Made by a program: the position numbers and the translations under genes
From: a virus
Taxonomy: Duplodnaviria > Caudoviricetes
Direction: 5' to 3' (one strand)
IMG/VR virus record: IMGVR_UViG_3300005713_000004
Span: 1-64,000 of that record
Length of the DNA stretch: 64,000 bases
The notes under the pieces: model-generated
Database searches by the model: none
Told to the model about the DNA's origin: nothing
The model's input: the letters and a program-made list of their open reading frames with translations, nothing else
Part shown: positions 24,596 through 32,943 of the stretch, one piece after another
Numbering within the stretch: position 1 is the first letter of the stretch
How the letters are laid out: every line of letters starts with the position of its first letter

Positions 24596-25288
24596 ATGAG
24601 CGACAACGACACCACCACCGGCCCCACCTACCGACTCACCCGCGAGGACTGGTTGCACCGGGCGACCGACATCCTCCGCCCGATGTTCGAGCAGGTGGGC
24701 GCCACCCTCCCCGACGTGATCCACCTGTCCGTCGGCTTCGGCGGCTCCGGCGCCGGGAAGTACGAGCGGTTCGTAGAGGGCGTCACGTGGTTCCGCGCGG
24801 CCGACGCCTGCGGCCACAACCACGTGTTCATCTCCCCGACGCTGGGCGACACCGCCCACGTCCTCGAAGTCCTCGTTCACGAACTGTGCCACGTTGCCAC
24901 GGACAACGTGGGTGGTCACGGGGGCGAGTTCGCGGAGTTCATGACCCGGCTAGGCATGACCGGGCGGATGACCACCGCGCAGGCGGACGTGCCGTTCATG
25001 GCGGAGCTGATGGTCATCGCGGCGGAGTTGGGCGACTACCCCCACGGGGCGCTCGACATGGCGCCCGTCAAGGTCGAGGCGCCGGTGGGCCCGGACGGGA
25101 TCGAGATCCCGGTCGGGCGGCCGACCAGCGGCCCGAAGGCGCAGACAAACCGGTGGATCTCGTTCTCCTGCCCCGTCCACGACGCGCCGGTCCGGATGTC
25201 GCGGACGAAGGCGGCTCTCGGCGCCCCGTACTGCGGCCACCGGGACGAGCAGGGCGTCCCGTGCCTCACGGAGATGGTGGCGCGGTAG
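24596..25288 (+). CDS. SprT-like zinc metalloprotease with C-terminal Zn ribbon
   Basis: VLVHELCH...HGGEF; CP.H...PYC. Confidence 0.8.
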   Translation: MSDNDTTTGPTYRLTREDWLHRATDILRPMFEQVGATLPDVIHLSVGFGGSGAGKYERFVEGVTWFRAADACGHNHVFISPTLGDTAHVLEVLVHELCHVATDNVGGHGGEFAEFMTRLGMTGRMTTAQADVPFMAELMVIAAELGDYPHGALDMAPVKVEAPVGPDGIEIPVGRPTSGPKAQTNRWISFSCPVHDAPVRMSRTKAALGAPYCGHRDEQGVPCLTEMVAR

Positions 25289-25298
25289 GCGGGTGGAC

Positions 25299-25328
25299 AC
25301 GGCCCCCCGGCTGCGGCCGGGGGGCCGT
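25299..25328 (+). terminator. hairpin
   Basis: 13-bp stem after the SprT-like gene stop. Confidence 0.65.
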
Positions 25329-25384
25329 TCTGCGTCCTCGACCTGCCGCAGGTCGTGTCCACGGTCACGAGTCGGTCACGGGGC

Positions 25385-25413
25385 TTGCACTTCCCACGGT
25401 CGCCGGGTAATGT
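25385..25413 (+). promoter_or_regulatory. promoter TTGCAC-17-TAATGT
   Basis: Repeat-family match. Confidence 0.75.
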
Positions 25414-25460
25414 CTCTCATGTCGGGGGGAACAGCCCCCCACCACCACCCGGAGGTCCCG

Positions 25461-25850
25461 ATGATCGCCACCACCGCCACCACCACCCCCTACGCCCCGG
25501 CGAAGTTCGCCCGGGTCGTTGCCGCCCTGGTCCGGCAGTTCGCCGGGCTGGTCGTCGGCGCCGAGTGGGTCTCCGGGCTCGCGCTGGGCTGGGATGTCGA
25601 GATGTGGGCGCCGAAGGCGGACCACCTCTCGCTCGCGCTGTGCCCGGTCGAGGAGGACGGGTCCACCGGCGCAGCCGTGCGCCGGGCGACGATCGTCCCG
25701 GGCCAGTACCGGGCGTGGGAGGTCGTGGCCGACGGGATCGTGCTGGGCGAGTTCCACGGCCTCGACGCGGCGGTGAGCCACGCGCTCGACCACGTCGCGG
25801 TGCCGTGCTGGGCGCCGGTCCAGCATGACCACGACGCGTTCGCCGTGTAG
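25461..25850 (+). CDS. hypothetical protein
   Basis: GGAGG RBS; own cassette. Confidence 0.7.
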   Translation: MIATTATTTPYAPAKFARVVAALVRQFAGLVVGAEWVSGLALGWDVEMWAPKADHLSLALCPVEEDGSTGAAVRRATIVPGQYRAWEVVADGIVLGEFHGLDAAVSHALDHVAVPCWAPVQHDHDAFAV

Positions 25851-25879
25851 GCGAGCCGGGCCCCGGCTCCGGCCGGGGC

Positions 25880-25989
25880 CCGTGGGTTGTCACCCGATCG
25901 GACCACCTCCCCGGCTTGACTTCCCCCGGGTCGCCGTGTAATGTCTCTCTTGTCGGACACGGAGCCCGGCGGGACAACTCAACAGAGGG
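25880..25989 (+). promoter_or_regulatory. GTCACCCGATCGG box, TTGACT-17-TAATGT promoter and boxA-like leader
   Basis: Repeat-family match. Confidence 0.8.
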
Positions 25990-25997
25990 AGTCAGGG

Positions 25998-26243
25998 ATG
26001 AGCGAGTTCACCCCCACCGGCCGCATGATCGTCTACGTTGAGTGGGACGTCCGGGCCGGGAAGCACGGGGCCTCCACCGGCGACGTGTGGGCGCGAGCGG
26101 ACCTGATCGGCGGCGGGAAGGCGGAGTTCGCCGGGACCGACCAGCAGGTCACGGACTGGGCGCTCAACGTCATGACCGCAGCCGGAGCGCGCGGGATCGC
26201 CTGCGAGATCCGGGACGGTCGGGGGCTGGTGACGCAGGACTGA
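25998..26243 (+). CDS. hypothetical protein
   Basis: Own cassette. Confidence 0.7.
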   Translation: MSEFTPTGRMIVYVEWDVRAGKHGASTGDVWARADLIGGGKAEFAGTDQQVTDWALNVMTAAGARGIACEIRDGRGLVTQD

Positions 26244-26249
26244 CCGGGC

Positions 26250-26285
26250 GCGAGAGCCCCACTGCTTCGGCGGTGGGGCTCTCGC
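26250..26285 (+). terminator. hairpin with cUUCGg tetraloop
   Basis: 16-bp stem (one G-U pair). Confidence 0.7.
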
Positions 26286-26397
26286 CGTGTCCGGGCCCGT
26301 GCGACCGGCTGAGCGGGCCGGTGCCGGGCGCAGCGGGCGCGGCTGGGCTCCGGGCCCACCGAAGCGGTCGCGGGCCGCAGGAGACCTCTCACGGCCT

Positions 26398-26506
26398 CCG
26401 TGGAATGTCACCCGATCGGACCATGGTCCGGGCTGGACAACCCACGGTCGACCGGGTAATGTCCCTCGTGTCGGGCCGGTCGGCCCGGCGGGACAACTCA
26501 AGAGAG
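26398..26506 (+). promoter_or_regulatory. box, TGGACA-17-TAATGT promoter and boxA-like leader
   Basis: Repeat-family match. Confidence 0.75.
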
Positions 26507-26517
26507 ATGGTGCAGAG

Positions 26518-26670
26518 ATGATCGAGGTCACCGTGGTTACCCTGCTCCGCCTGATCGCCGCTCGCGCGGACGGTCGGATCGCGGGCCCCACCGTTGACGC
26601 GAAGATCGCCGAACTCACCGCCCGGTTCACCGCCTCCGGCGAGATCGTCGCGGTCCTGAGCGCCGAGTGA
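26518..26670 (+). CDS. small hypothetical protein
   Basis: First gene after the leader. Confidence 0.6.
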   Translation: MIEVTVVTLLRLIAARADGRIAGPTVDAKIAELTARFTASGEIVAVLSAE

Positions 26671-27164
26671 TCGAGCAGCCGCCCCGCTCCGGCGGGGCGG
26701 CTGCCCCTCTCCACCACCTCGACCAGCAGGAGGACATGATGGGCACGTTGATCGACAACCCGGACATCGGCTCGTGGCGGCAGCGGCTCGCAGGTCTGCT
26801 CGCCGGGTACGACCTCGCCGACCCGCGCGAGCGGCAGGCGGCCCACGAGGTCGTCGCGGAGGCCGCTGCCCAGACGTCCATGCGGGGTCTTCGGGACCTC
26901 ACGTTCCGGTTGGGGTACCGGGGCTACTCGCCCCGGAGCCGGGGCGAGGCGGTCGCGAAGATCGTCGCCCGGTGGGCGGACCTGCCTGCCGAGCAGCGCC
27001 GGGCGCCCGACGCCACGGACGCGGATGTCGTGGACACGCTGCGGCAGGTGGCGGACCTCGCAGCCGAAGCGGCGGCCGACTTCGAGGTCACCGCCGAGCA
27101 GGTGACCCGGCTCGCGCGGCTGGTCCGGTACCTCGTGGACGTCACGCCCGGGGCGCAGCGGTGA
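26667..27164 (+). CDS. hypothetical protein
   Basis: Overlapping junctions; internal AGGAGG may mark a later start. Confidence 0.6.
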   Translation: MIEQPPRSGGAAAPLHHLDQQEDMMGTLIDNPDIGSWRQRLAGLLAGYDLADPRERQAAHEVVAEAAAQTSMRGLRDLTFRLGYRGYSPRSRGEAVAKIVARWADLPAEQRRAPDATDADVVDTLRQVADLAAEAAADFEVTAEQVTRLARLVRYLVDVTPGAQR

Positions 27165-27376
27165 GGGCGCAGCGGTGGGCGGACCGGCTGCTCGACGTCG
27201 CGGCCGACGAGGTGGCGGGGTCGCCGGTGTTTAGGCAGGTCCGCCGCGACATCGTGGCCGCGTACGCCCCGCAGGTCCGGGCGTCGGTGCTGCGGGAGGT
27301 GGGGACCCTGCTCCCCCGGACGAGCCTTCACCGGGCCGGGTGGGCGGGCGAGATCGCCCGGGACCTCGCCCGGTAG
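27161..27376 (+). CDS. hypothetical protein
   Basis: Overlapping junction. Confidence 0.55.
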   Translation: MRAQRWADRLLDVAADEVAGSPVFRQVRRDIVAAYAPQVRASVLREVGTLLPRTSLHRAGWAGEIARDLAR

Positions 27377-27518
27377 CGGCTGGTCGAGCAGCGGAGCCCC
27401 CGGCGTGTCGCGCGCCGGGGGCTCCGGCGTGTCGCGGGGCGGCGAGGCTGTGACCTGCGAGAACCCGGGGAGGCGACACGCCCGGGTGCACAACACGCCG
27501 CGTCCACGCCCCCGGGTG

Positions 27519-27546
27519 TTGACATCCCACGGCGACCGTGTAGAGT
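27519..27546 (+). promoter_or_regulatory. promoter TTGACA-16-TAGAGT
   Basis: Leaderless ATG 7 nt downstream. Confidence 0.8.
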
Positions 27547-27553
27547 CTCCCTC

Positions 27554-27958
27554 ATGAACAACGCAGCCGCCGCCCCCGCCCCCCTCGCCCCCACCGCCCC
27601 GGCGACCGTCGCCGGTGCTTCGACCCAGGAGGTCACCATGTCCGCTCTCACCGCCGCCCGCGCCGCCGTCGAGGCGATCGAGGCTGAGGTCCACGACCTC
27701 ATGGCCTGCGACGACACCGCGTTTGACGCGGACCTCGCCGACCGCCACGAGCGGGCCCTTGCCGCCCTCCGGGCTGCGGAAGCGCAGGTCACGGCGCCGC
27801 AGGCGGTCCGGTGGGTCGTCGAGGGTCGGCGGCTCGCGACCCGGCGGGTGCTCCGCTGGGCGGGCGAGGCGACCAGCCGGGCCGACGCGGTGGCGCAGGC
27901 ACAGGCGAAGTGGGGCGCGGGCGCGCTGGTCGACGCGGCGGGCGAGGTGATCCGCTAG
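27554..27958 (+). CDS. hypothetical protein, leaderless
   Basis: Own cassette. Confidence 0.7.
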   Translation: MNNAAAAPAPLAPTAPATVAGASTQEVTMSALTAARAAVEAIEAEVHDLMACDDTAFDADLADRHERALAALRAAEAQVTAPQAVRWVVEGRRLATRRVLRWAGEATSRADAVAQAQAKWGAGALVDAAGEVIR

Positions 27959-28038
27959 GGGCCCGGGGGTCCGGCTTCGGCCGGGCCCCACCCCCTCCGA
28001 CCTGCGACGATGCGGCGAGCCCGGCGGCTGCGACGCAC

Positions 28039-28093
28039 GTCACCCGATCGGCCCACCCCCGGGGGTTGACTTCCCACGGCCACCGTGTAGAGT
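28039..28093 (+). promoter_or_regulatory. box plus TTGACT-16-TAGAGT promoter
   Basis: Repeat-family match. Confidence 0.8.
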
Positions 28094-28100
28094 CATTCCC

Positions 28101-28466
28101 ATGACGAACACCACCGCCCCCGCCGCCCTCCCCGCCCGCCCGGCTCGCGCCCCCCGGGGCTTCGTTGCCGCCGACCGCTGCGGGACCTGCGACGGGCGCG
28201 GCGCCCACCTCGTCCCGGCCGTGGACGGGGACGGTGAGTTCGTCCTCGACGGGGAGGGCTTCGAGGTCGAGGTCCCCACCACCTGCGAGGACTGCGAGGG
28301 CCGGGGCTGGGCGCGGGACGAGCGGACCCCGGAGCAGGTCCGCGCGGAGGCGGAGGCGGCGAAGGCGGAGCGCATCGCCGATCACCTCGCCTTCGTGGCG
28401 GAGTTCGGGTACACCCCGGGTCGGGCCCCGTCCTGCGGGGGGAACTACTGCCGCTGCGAGCGGTGA
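28101..28466 (+). CDS. DnaJ-type Zn-finger-like protein, leaderless
   Basis: CGTCDGRG...CEDCEGRG. Confidence 0.7.
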   Translation: MTNTTAPAALPARPARAPRGFVAADRCGTCDGRGAHLVPAVDGDGEFVLDGEGFEVEVPTTCEDCEGRGWARDERTPEQVRAEAEAAKAERIADHLAFVAEFGYTPGRAPSCGGNYCRCER

Positions 28467-28544
28467 GGTGGGGCGGTGACCAGGGGAAACCCTGGTCACC
28501 GACACGCCCGGCCGGGCGACACGCCGGGGATCCCCCTCCGGGGG

Positions 28545-28572
28545 TTGACATCCCACGGCGACCGTGTAGAGT
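28545..28572 (+). promoter_or_regulatory. promoter TTGACA-16-TAGAGT
   Basis: Nearly identical to 27519-27546. Confidence 0.8.
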
Positions 28573-28579
28573 TACACCC

Positions 28580-28843
28580 ATGACGAACACCGGAACCCCC
28601 GCCCCCGCCGCCCCCGCCTACACCGACGCGGAGGCCCTCGACGAGTCGGTCCTGATGATGCTCCGCAAGGCCCGCCGGGTCGGCGTGCTGGACCAGGTCC
28701 GGGCCCTGCTCGGCGACGACGTGTGGGACACCCTCTGCGCCGCCGAGACCCGGGCCGACGCCCTCCGCTTCGCCGACGAGCGGCGCGGCATCCCCCTCTG
28801 CTCCCGCCCCTTCCCCGTTGCCGACGAGGACGAGGACGCCTGA
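28580..28843 (+). CDS. hypothetical protein, leaderless
   Basis: Own cassette. Confidence 0.7.
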   Translation: MTNTGTPAPAAPAYTDAEALDESVLMMLRKARRVGVLDQVRALLGDDVWDTLCAAETRADALRFADERRGIPLCSRPFPVADEDEDA

Positions 28844-29181
28844 CCGGGCGGGGGCTGCGGCCCCCACCTGCGGCCCCCGGTGCTCCGGCTCCGGGGGCCG
28901 CTTCGTGTCCACGGCCCGGAGGCGCTGAGCGACCCTGTGCGGCCCGCTGCGGGGCGGGCGGGCGGGAGGGACCGGCGAGGGCTGAGAGGCCCGCAGCGGG
29001 CCTCTCACGGCTCGCGTGGGGTGTCTCCGCTGGGCGGCCGGAGCGGGCGGCAGGCGGGCCGCGCGTACGCGGTGACGGGCCCCCGGCGCGTGCCCGCTCC
29101 GGCCGCTGGCCAGGGTACCCGCCGGGCGGGATCGAGGTCGGTTACCTGTAGACGATGCCACATCCGGACATCCCACGTCAA

Positions 29182-29246
29182 CCGTGGGATGTCACCCGAT
29201 CGTACGAACTTCCGGGCTTGACTTCCCACGGTCGGCCGGGTAATGT
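29182..29246 (+). promoter_or_regulatory. box plus TTGACT-17-TAATGT promoter
   Basis: Repeat-family match. Confidence 0.8.
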
Positions 29247-29293
29247 CTTTCATGTCAGGGGGGAACGGCCCCCCGGGAAGATCGGAGAACATC

Positions 29294-29521
29294 ATGAACG
29301 CCGCCACCGCCGCCGCCCTCACCGCCACCCTCACCGCCGCCGGGGCGACCGACATCCACGAGGTCTCCACCACCCGCCGCACGATCGTCGCCTTCACCGC
29401 CGCCGGTGACTCGATCTTCCCGATCATGGACGCCCTGCTCGTCGCCTCCGCCGCCGACCGGCACGCCGCGATCTTCACCCACGCCGACACCTCGACCGGC
29501 CGCTACCACGTGCAGGGCTGA
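29294..29521 (+). CDS. hypothetical protein
   Basis: GGAG RBS; hairpin at 29535-29558 downstream. Confidence 0.7.
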   Translation: MNAATAAALTATLTAAGATDIHEVSTTRRTIVAFTAAGDSIFPIMDALLVASAADRHAAIFTHADTSTGRYHVQG

Positions 29522-29579
29522 GCCCTCCGGGCTGGCCCCCGCCCTCCGGGGCGGGGGCTTCCTGCTGGTCCCGGCAGGG

Positions 29580-29632
29580 TTGACAACACCACGCCGATCG
29601 TGTATCGTCTACAGGTAACCGTGCTCGACCCC
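29580..29632 (+). ncRNA. promoter TTGACA-17-TATCGT plus candidate small RNA (CTACAGGTAACCG..CTCGA)
   Basis: No ORF before the next promoter; leader repeated at 30064 and inverted at 29128. Confidence 0.35.
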
Positions 29633-29643
29633 GCGACCCGGCT

Positions 29644-29708
29644 CCGTGGGACGTCACCCGATCGGACCATGGTTCGGGGTTGACTTCCCACGGCGTGCCG
29701 GGTAATGT
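29644..29708 (+). promoter_or_regulatory. box plus TTGACT-17-TAATGT promoter
   Basis: Repeat-family match. Confidence 0.8.
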
Positions 29709-29746
29709 CTCTCTTGTCAGCAGGGAACGAACACCAGGAGGACACG

Positions 29747-29983
29747 ATGTCGAACACCACCGCCGCCCAGGTCACCACCACCGGCCGCATCGCCGCCGCC
29801 ATCCGGGCCGCCGGGTTCACCATCTCCTACCTGCCGCTTCCCTCCGGCCGGACCGTGGTCCGGGTTGACGTCCCCACCCTCGACCCCCGGGTCTTCGACC
29901 TGATGACCGCCGTGGCGGACTTCGGGGTCACGGTCTTCCCGGCGGGCGACGGCGAGCGCTGGACGAACGTCGCGGCCATCTGA
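29747..29983 (+). CDS. hypothetical protein
   Basis: AGGAGG RBS; hairpin at 29998-30019 downstream. Confidence 0.7.
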   Translation: MSNTTAAQVTTTGRIAAAIRAAGFTISYLPLPSGRTVVRVDVPTLDPRVFDLMTAVADFGVTVFPAGDGERWTNVAAI

Positions 29984-30040
29984 GCCTGCGGGCTCCGGCC
30001 CCCGCCTCCGGGCGGGGGCTTTCCCGTGCGCCGAGTGGGC

Positions 30041-30093
30041 TTGACTTCCCAACGGCGACCGTGTATCGTCTACAGGTAACCGGGCTCGATTCC
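30041..30093 (+). ncRNA. promoter TTGACT-17-TATCGT plus candidate small RNA, further copy
   Basis: Same 5' sequence as 29603. Confidence 0.35.
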
Positions 30094-30114
30094 GGCAGGT
30101 CGTCGCCGGGACCT

Positions 30115-30228
30115 CCGTGGGATGTCACCCGATCGGCCAACCCTTCGGGGTTGACAACCCACGGCGACCCACGTAATGTCTACATCACCGGGAGGGACAC
30201 CCCGCCCGGACAACTCAACAGAGGGAGG
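30115..30228 (+). promoter_or_regulatory. box, TTGACA-17-TAATGT promoter, hairpin and boxA-like leader
   Basis: Repeat-family match. Confidence 0.8.
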
Positions 30229-30233
30229 TTCCG

Positions 30234-30389
30234 ATGGGATCCGGAAACGGTGATCAGGAGGACATCACGGAGGACGGGACGTGGTCCTGTCCCATGTGCG
30301 GCGAGAGCGGCACATGCGTGACGGGTGACGAGGGCGCAGCCCTCACGGCCCACGTTGCGTTCGGGTGTCCGGCGGCGCAGGCCGACTGA
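30234..30389 (+). CDS. small Zn-finger peptide (51 aa; not in the ORF track)
   Basis: GGGAGG RBS; WSCPMCG...H...C. Confidence 0.65.
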   Translation: MGSGNGDQEDITEDGTWSCPMCGESGTCVTGDEGAALTAHVAFGCPAAQAD

Positions 30390-30466
30390 TCACCACCCGC
30401 CCCCGGCTTCGGCCGGGGGCGGGACCGGGTCCCGGATCCACCCTCGCCACGAAGGGAGGGCCGGTC

Positions 30467-31039
30467 ATGGACTGGCGGCACGGCGCCCACTGCCGGGGCG
30501 CGAGCGAGCCGGAGGTGTGGTTCCCGGTCGACGAGGACCAGGGCCACGACGCGCCGGGTGTGGTTCGGGCGCGCCTCGCCTGCGCGCCGTGCCCGGTCCG
30601 GGCGGAGTGCCTGTCATGGGCCTTCGAGTCCGGGCAGACGGCCGGTGTGTGGGGCGGGATGTCGACGCCGGAGCGCCGGGCCCTGCGCGCCCCGGAGCGG
30701 CTCCGTGTGGCCGCTGCTGCGGCGTCGGACCGGCGAGCCCGGGAGGACGCACAGCGGGACGCACAGGAGGACGCAGGCGCCAGCACGGAGGGCGGGGCGG
30801 GGGACACCCTGCCTCGCCCTCGTCGGCGGCGGGGTGGCCAGCCGCCGGGGACGACGCGGGCCCACCGGTCCGGGTCGGTCGGCCGCTGCGCCACCTGCTC
30901 GAAGCGCCTCGACCTGCGCGCGGACGGGCGAGTCGTCCGGCACGACCGGGTGTTGGACGGGAAGCGTGGGCACTGCCCCGGCTCCGGCGAGGTGTCGGCG
31001 GTCGAGGCGCTTCCCGGGTCGGGGCGTGTCCACGGGTAG
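30467..31039 (+). CDS. whiB: WhiB-family Fe-S transcription regulator with C-terminal extension
   Basis: C...WFP...CAPCPVRAECL...GVWGG...ERR. Confidence 0.9.
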   Translation: MDWRHGAHCRGASEPEVWFPVDEDQGHDAPGVVRARLACAPCPVRAECLSWAFESGQTAGVWGGMSTPERRALRAPERLRVAAAAASDRRAREDAQRDAQEDAGASTEGGAGDTLPRPRRRRGGQPPGTTRAHRSGSVGRCATCSKRLDLRADGRVVRHDRVLDGKRGHCPGSGEVSAVEALPGSGRVHG

Positions 31040-31066
31040 CCGTGACATACTCCGCATGGCGGGGGG

Positions 31067-31095
31067 TTGCGTAACCCCCGGCGAGCGTGTAGTGT
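31067..31095 (+). promoter_or_regulatory. promoter TTGCGT-17-TAGTGT; -35 flanked by GGGGG/CCCCC
   Basis: Repeat-family match. Confidence 0.7.
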
Positions 31096-31151
31096 CATCT
31101 ATGGTGGGAGAGGGTCTCTCGCCAGAACGAGACGAGAGGGAGGGGACAGCA

Positions 31152-31529
31152 GTGGCAAAGCGCAAGGAACCGATGGCGCCGATCAGCTACAAGACGGCGG
31201 GCGCGGAGTGGGGCAACGCGGCTGCGGCTGCGGCCCTGTGCGTGGGCAGCGACGGCAAGGCGATCTCCGCCGACACGTTCCAGTGGTACGTGCGAACCGC
31301 CGACCCGAACGGCGACAACCCCCCGCCGAAGGCGGAGCGGGTGGACCCGCACACCCGGCAGAGCATGTACCGGCTCAAGCGGGTACGGGAGTGGCACGCG
31401 AAGCGGCCCGGCCGTGGGAATTGGGGCGGCATCGGCGCCCGCGCCCGCCTGCCGAAGGACCAGCAGGGCGAGCCCGTGGACACGCCCGCCCCGGAGGCGG
31501 GCGCGGAGCCCGCCTCGCAGGACGCGTGA
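31152..31529 (+). CDS. AlpA/excisionase-like HTH protein
   Basis: ISADTFQWY...PPP...MYRLKRVREWHAKRPGRG. Confidence 0.65.
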   Translation: MAKRKEPMAPISYKTAGAEWGNAAAAAALCVGSDGKAISADTFQWYVRTADPNGDNPPPKAERVDPHTRQSMYRLKRVREWHAKRPGRGNWGGIGARARLPKDQQGEPVDTPAPEAGAEPASQDA

Positions 31530-31780
31530 CCAGCATGCACGGGGCCCTCTCCTCGCCGGTGATCCTGCCGGTCGTGGGGAGGGCTCCGCTGTATCGGGAT
31601 GCGGTCGCGTGGCTCGAAGCGCTGCGGGACGTCGCCGACGCGAACGGCCACGGGCAGGCGGCCCGGTACGCGGTCGCCGTGCTCGACCTCGTCGCCGCTG
31701 CGCACGACGCGGCCGACGCCGGGTACGGTCCGCCGGACCTGCTCGCCGCGCTGCTGCCCTTCCCCCGGTCCGCGCTGTGA
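31526..31780 (+). CDS. hypothetical protein
   Basis: Overlapping junction. Confidence 0.55.
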   Translation: MTSMHGALSSPVILPVVGRAPLYRDAVAWLEALRDVADANGHGQAARYAVAVLDLVAAAHDAADAGYGPPDLLAALLPFPRSAL

Positions 31781-32150
31781 CCCGCTCGTGGTCGCACGCG
31801 GCGAGGACCATCGACGCGGTCCCGCTGTACCGGCTGCGGATCGAGGCGGCGCAGGTGGACCCGCTGCGTCACCTCGCCCTGCCGGGGCAGCGGGCCGGGT
31901 ACCTCGAAGGGGTCGCCGCCGTGCACCTCGAACCGGACGACTTCGGGTCGCCTGCCCATCGGGTCGAGTGGCGGGAGCAGCGGGGCGGCTCGTGGTTCAC
32001 CATCGGGTACGCGGCCGACGAGCCGGGCGGCGAGCAGGATCCGGCGGCGGACCCGCGCGTCGAGGACGTGATGCGGCGCCTCGACCGGGGGCGGGTCGGG
32101 GTGCTGACCGGGGACCCGGTGTCGCTGCTCGCGGCGGAGGTCCGGCGTCT

Positions 32151-32266
32151 CCGTGGATTGTCACCCGATCGGCCCACCTCCGGGGTTTGACAACCCACGG
32201 CTAGCCGGGTAATGTCTCTCTCATCGGGCGGGGCGCTCCCCCTCCCGGGTTGATAACTCAACAGAG
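32151..32266 (+). promoter_or_regulatory. box, TTGACA-17-TAATGT promoter, hairpin and boxA-like TTGATAACTCAACAGAG
   Basis: Repeat-family match. Confidence 0.8.
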
Positions 32267-32277
32267 ATGAGGCGCAG

Positions 32278-32685
32278 ATGAGCAACACCGCGACGTACCG
32301 GATCCTCGGCACCACCGACGAGGTCACCCGCTGCGAGCACTGCGGCCGGGACGACCTCCGGTCCACCGTCGTCCTCGCCGCCCTTGACGACGAGGGCAAC
32401 GACGACGGCGGCCGGGTGTACCTCGGCTCCACCTGCGGCGCGAAGGCCGCAGGCTGGACCAGCCCCCGGAAGTTCCGCGAGGACGCAGCCGCCGCCGACC
32501 GCGGGAAGGGCGCGGCGGTCCGCAAGGCCCGCGACGCTCGGTTCGCCGAGTGGGTCCAGCGGACCTACGGCCTCACGGTCACCGGCCCCCGCGATCTCTA
32601 CGGGATCCGGAACCGGGAGGTCACCGGAGCGGAGCCCACCGACGTTCTCGCCCGGTACCGGGCAGAGACCGGAGAGACCGCCTGA
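32278..32685 (+). CDS. hypothetical Zn-binding protein
   Basis: CEHCGR..L...Y.GSTC. Confidence 0.75.
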   Translation: MSNTATYRILGTTDEVTRCEHCGRDDLRSTVVLAALDDEGNDDGGRVYLGSTCGAKAAGWTSPRKFREDAAAADRGKGAAVRKARDARFAEWVQRTYGLTVTGPRDLYGIRNREVTGAEPTDVLARYRAETGETA

Positions 32686-32687
32686 CA

Positions 32688-32725
32688 GCAAGCAACCCCC
32701 CGGCTCCGGCCGGGGGGTTGCTTGC
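32688..32725 (+). terminator. hairpin with cUCCGg tetraloop
   Basis: Perfect 17-bp stem. Confidence 0.75.
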
Positions 32726-32769
32726 GTTACGGCGTGTCCACGGGGTACCCCTGCCGGGAGGTGATGGAC

Positions 32770-32943
32770 ATGGTGTCCAGCAGGGGCGGGAAGTACGGCT
32801 TCGTCTACCGCGACGAGCAGGACCGGTATCGGGCCCTGCTCCGACAGCCGGGGATGACGAAGGCGAAGGCGGCGGCGATCTCGAACGCGGCCCACAACGG
32901 GACCCTCAAGCGGGGCGGCCGGAAGCGGCGACGCCGCCGGTGA
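32770..32943 (+). CDS. small basic protein (Y.AL...GMTKAKAAAISNA type)
   Basis: GGGAGG RBS; poly-Arg tail. Confidence 0.6.
   Translation: MVSSRGGKYGFVYRDEQDRYRALLRQPGMTKAKAAAISNAAHNGTLKRGGRKRRRRR

Noticed and set aside
24465-32266. CRISPR array
   Set aside because: The repeats are promoters separated by 200-900 bp of genes, not 30-40 bp spacers; no cas genes
7191-32266. rRNA genes
   Set aside because: Only a short boxA-like motif matches; it is followed by protein-coding genes, not 16S sequence
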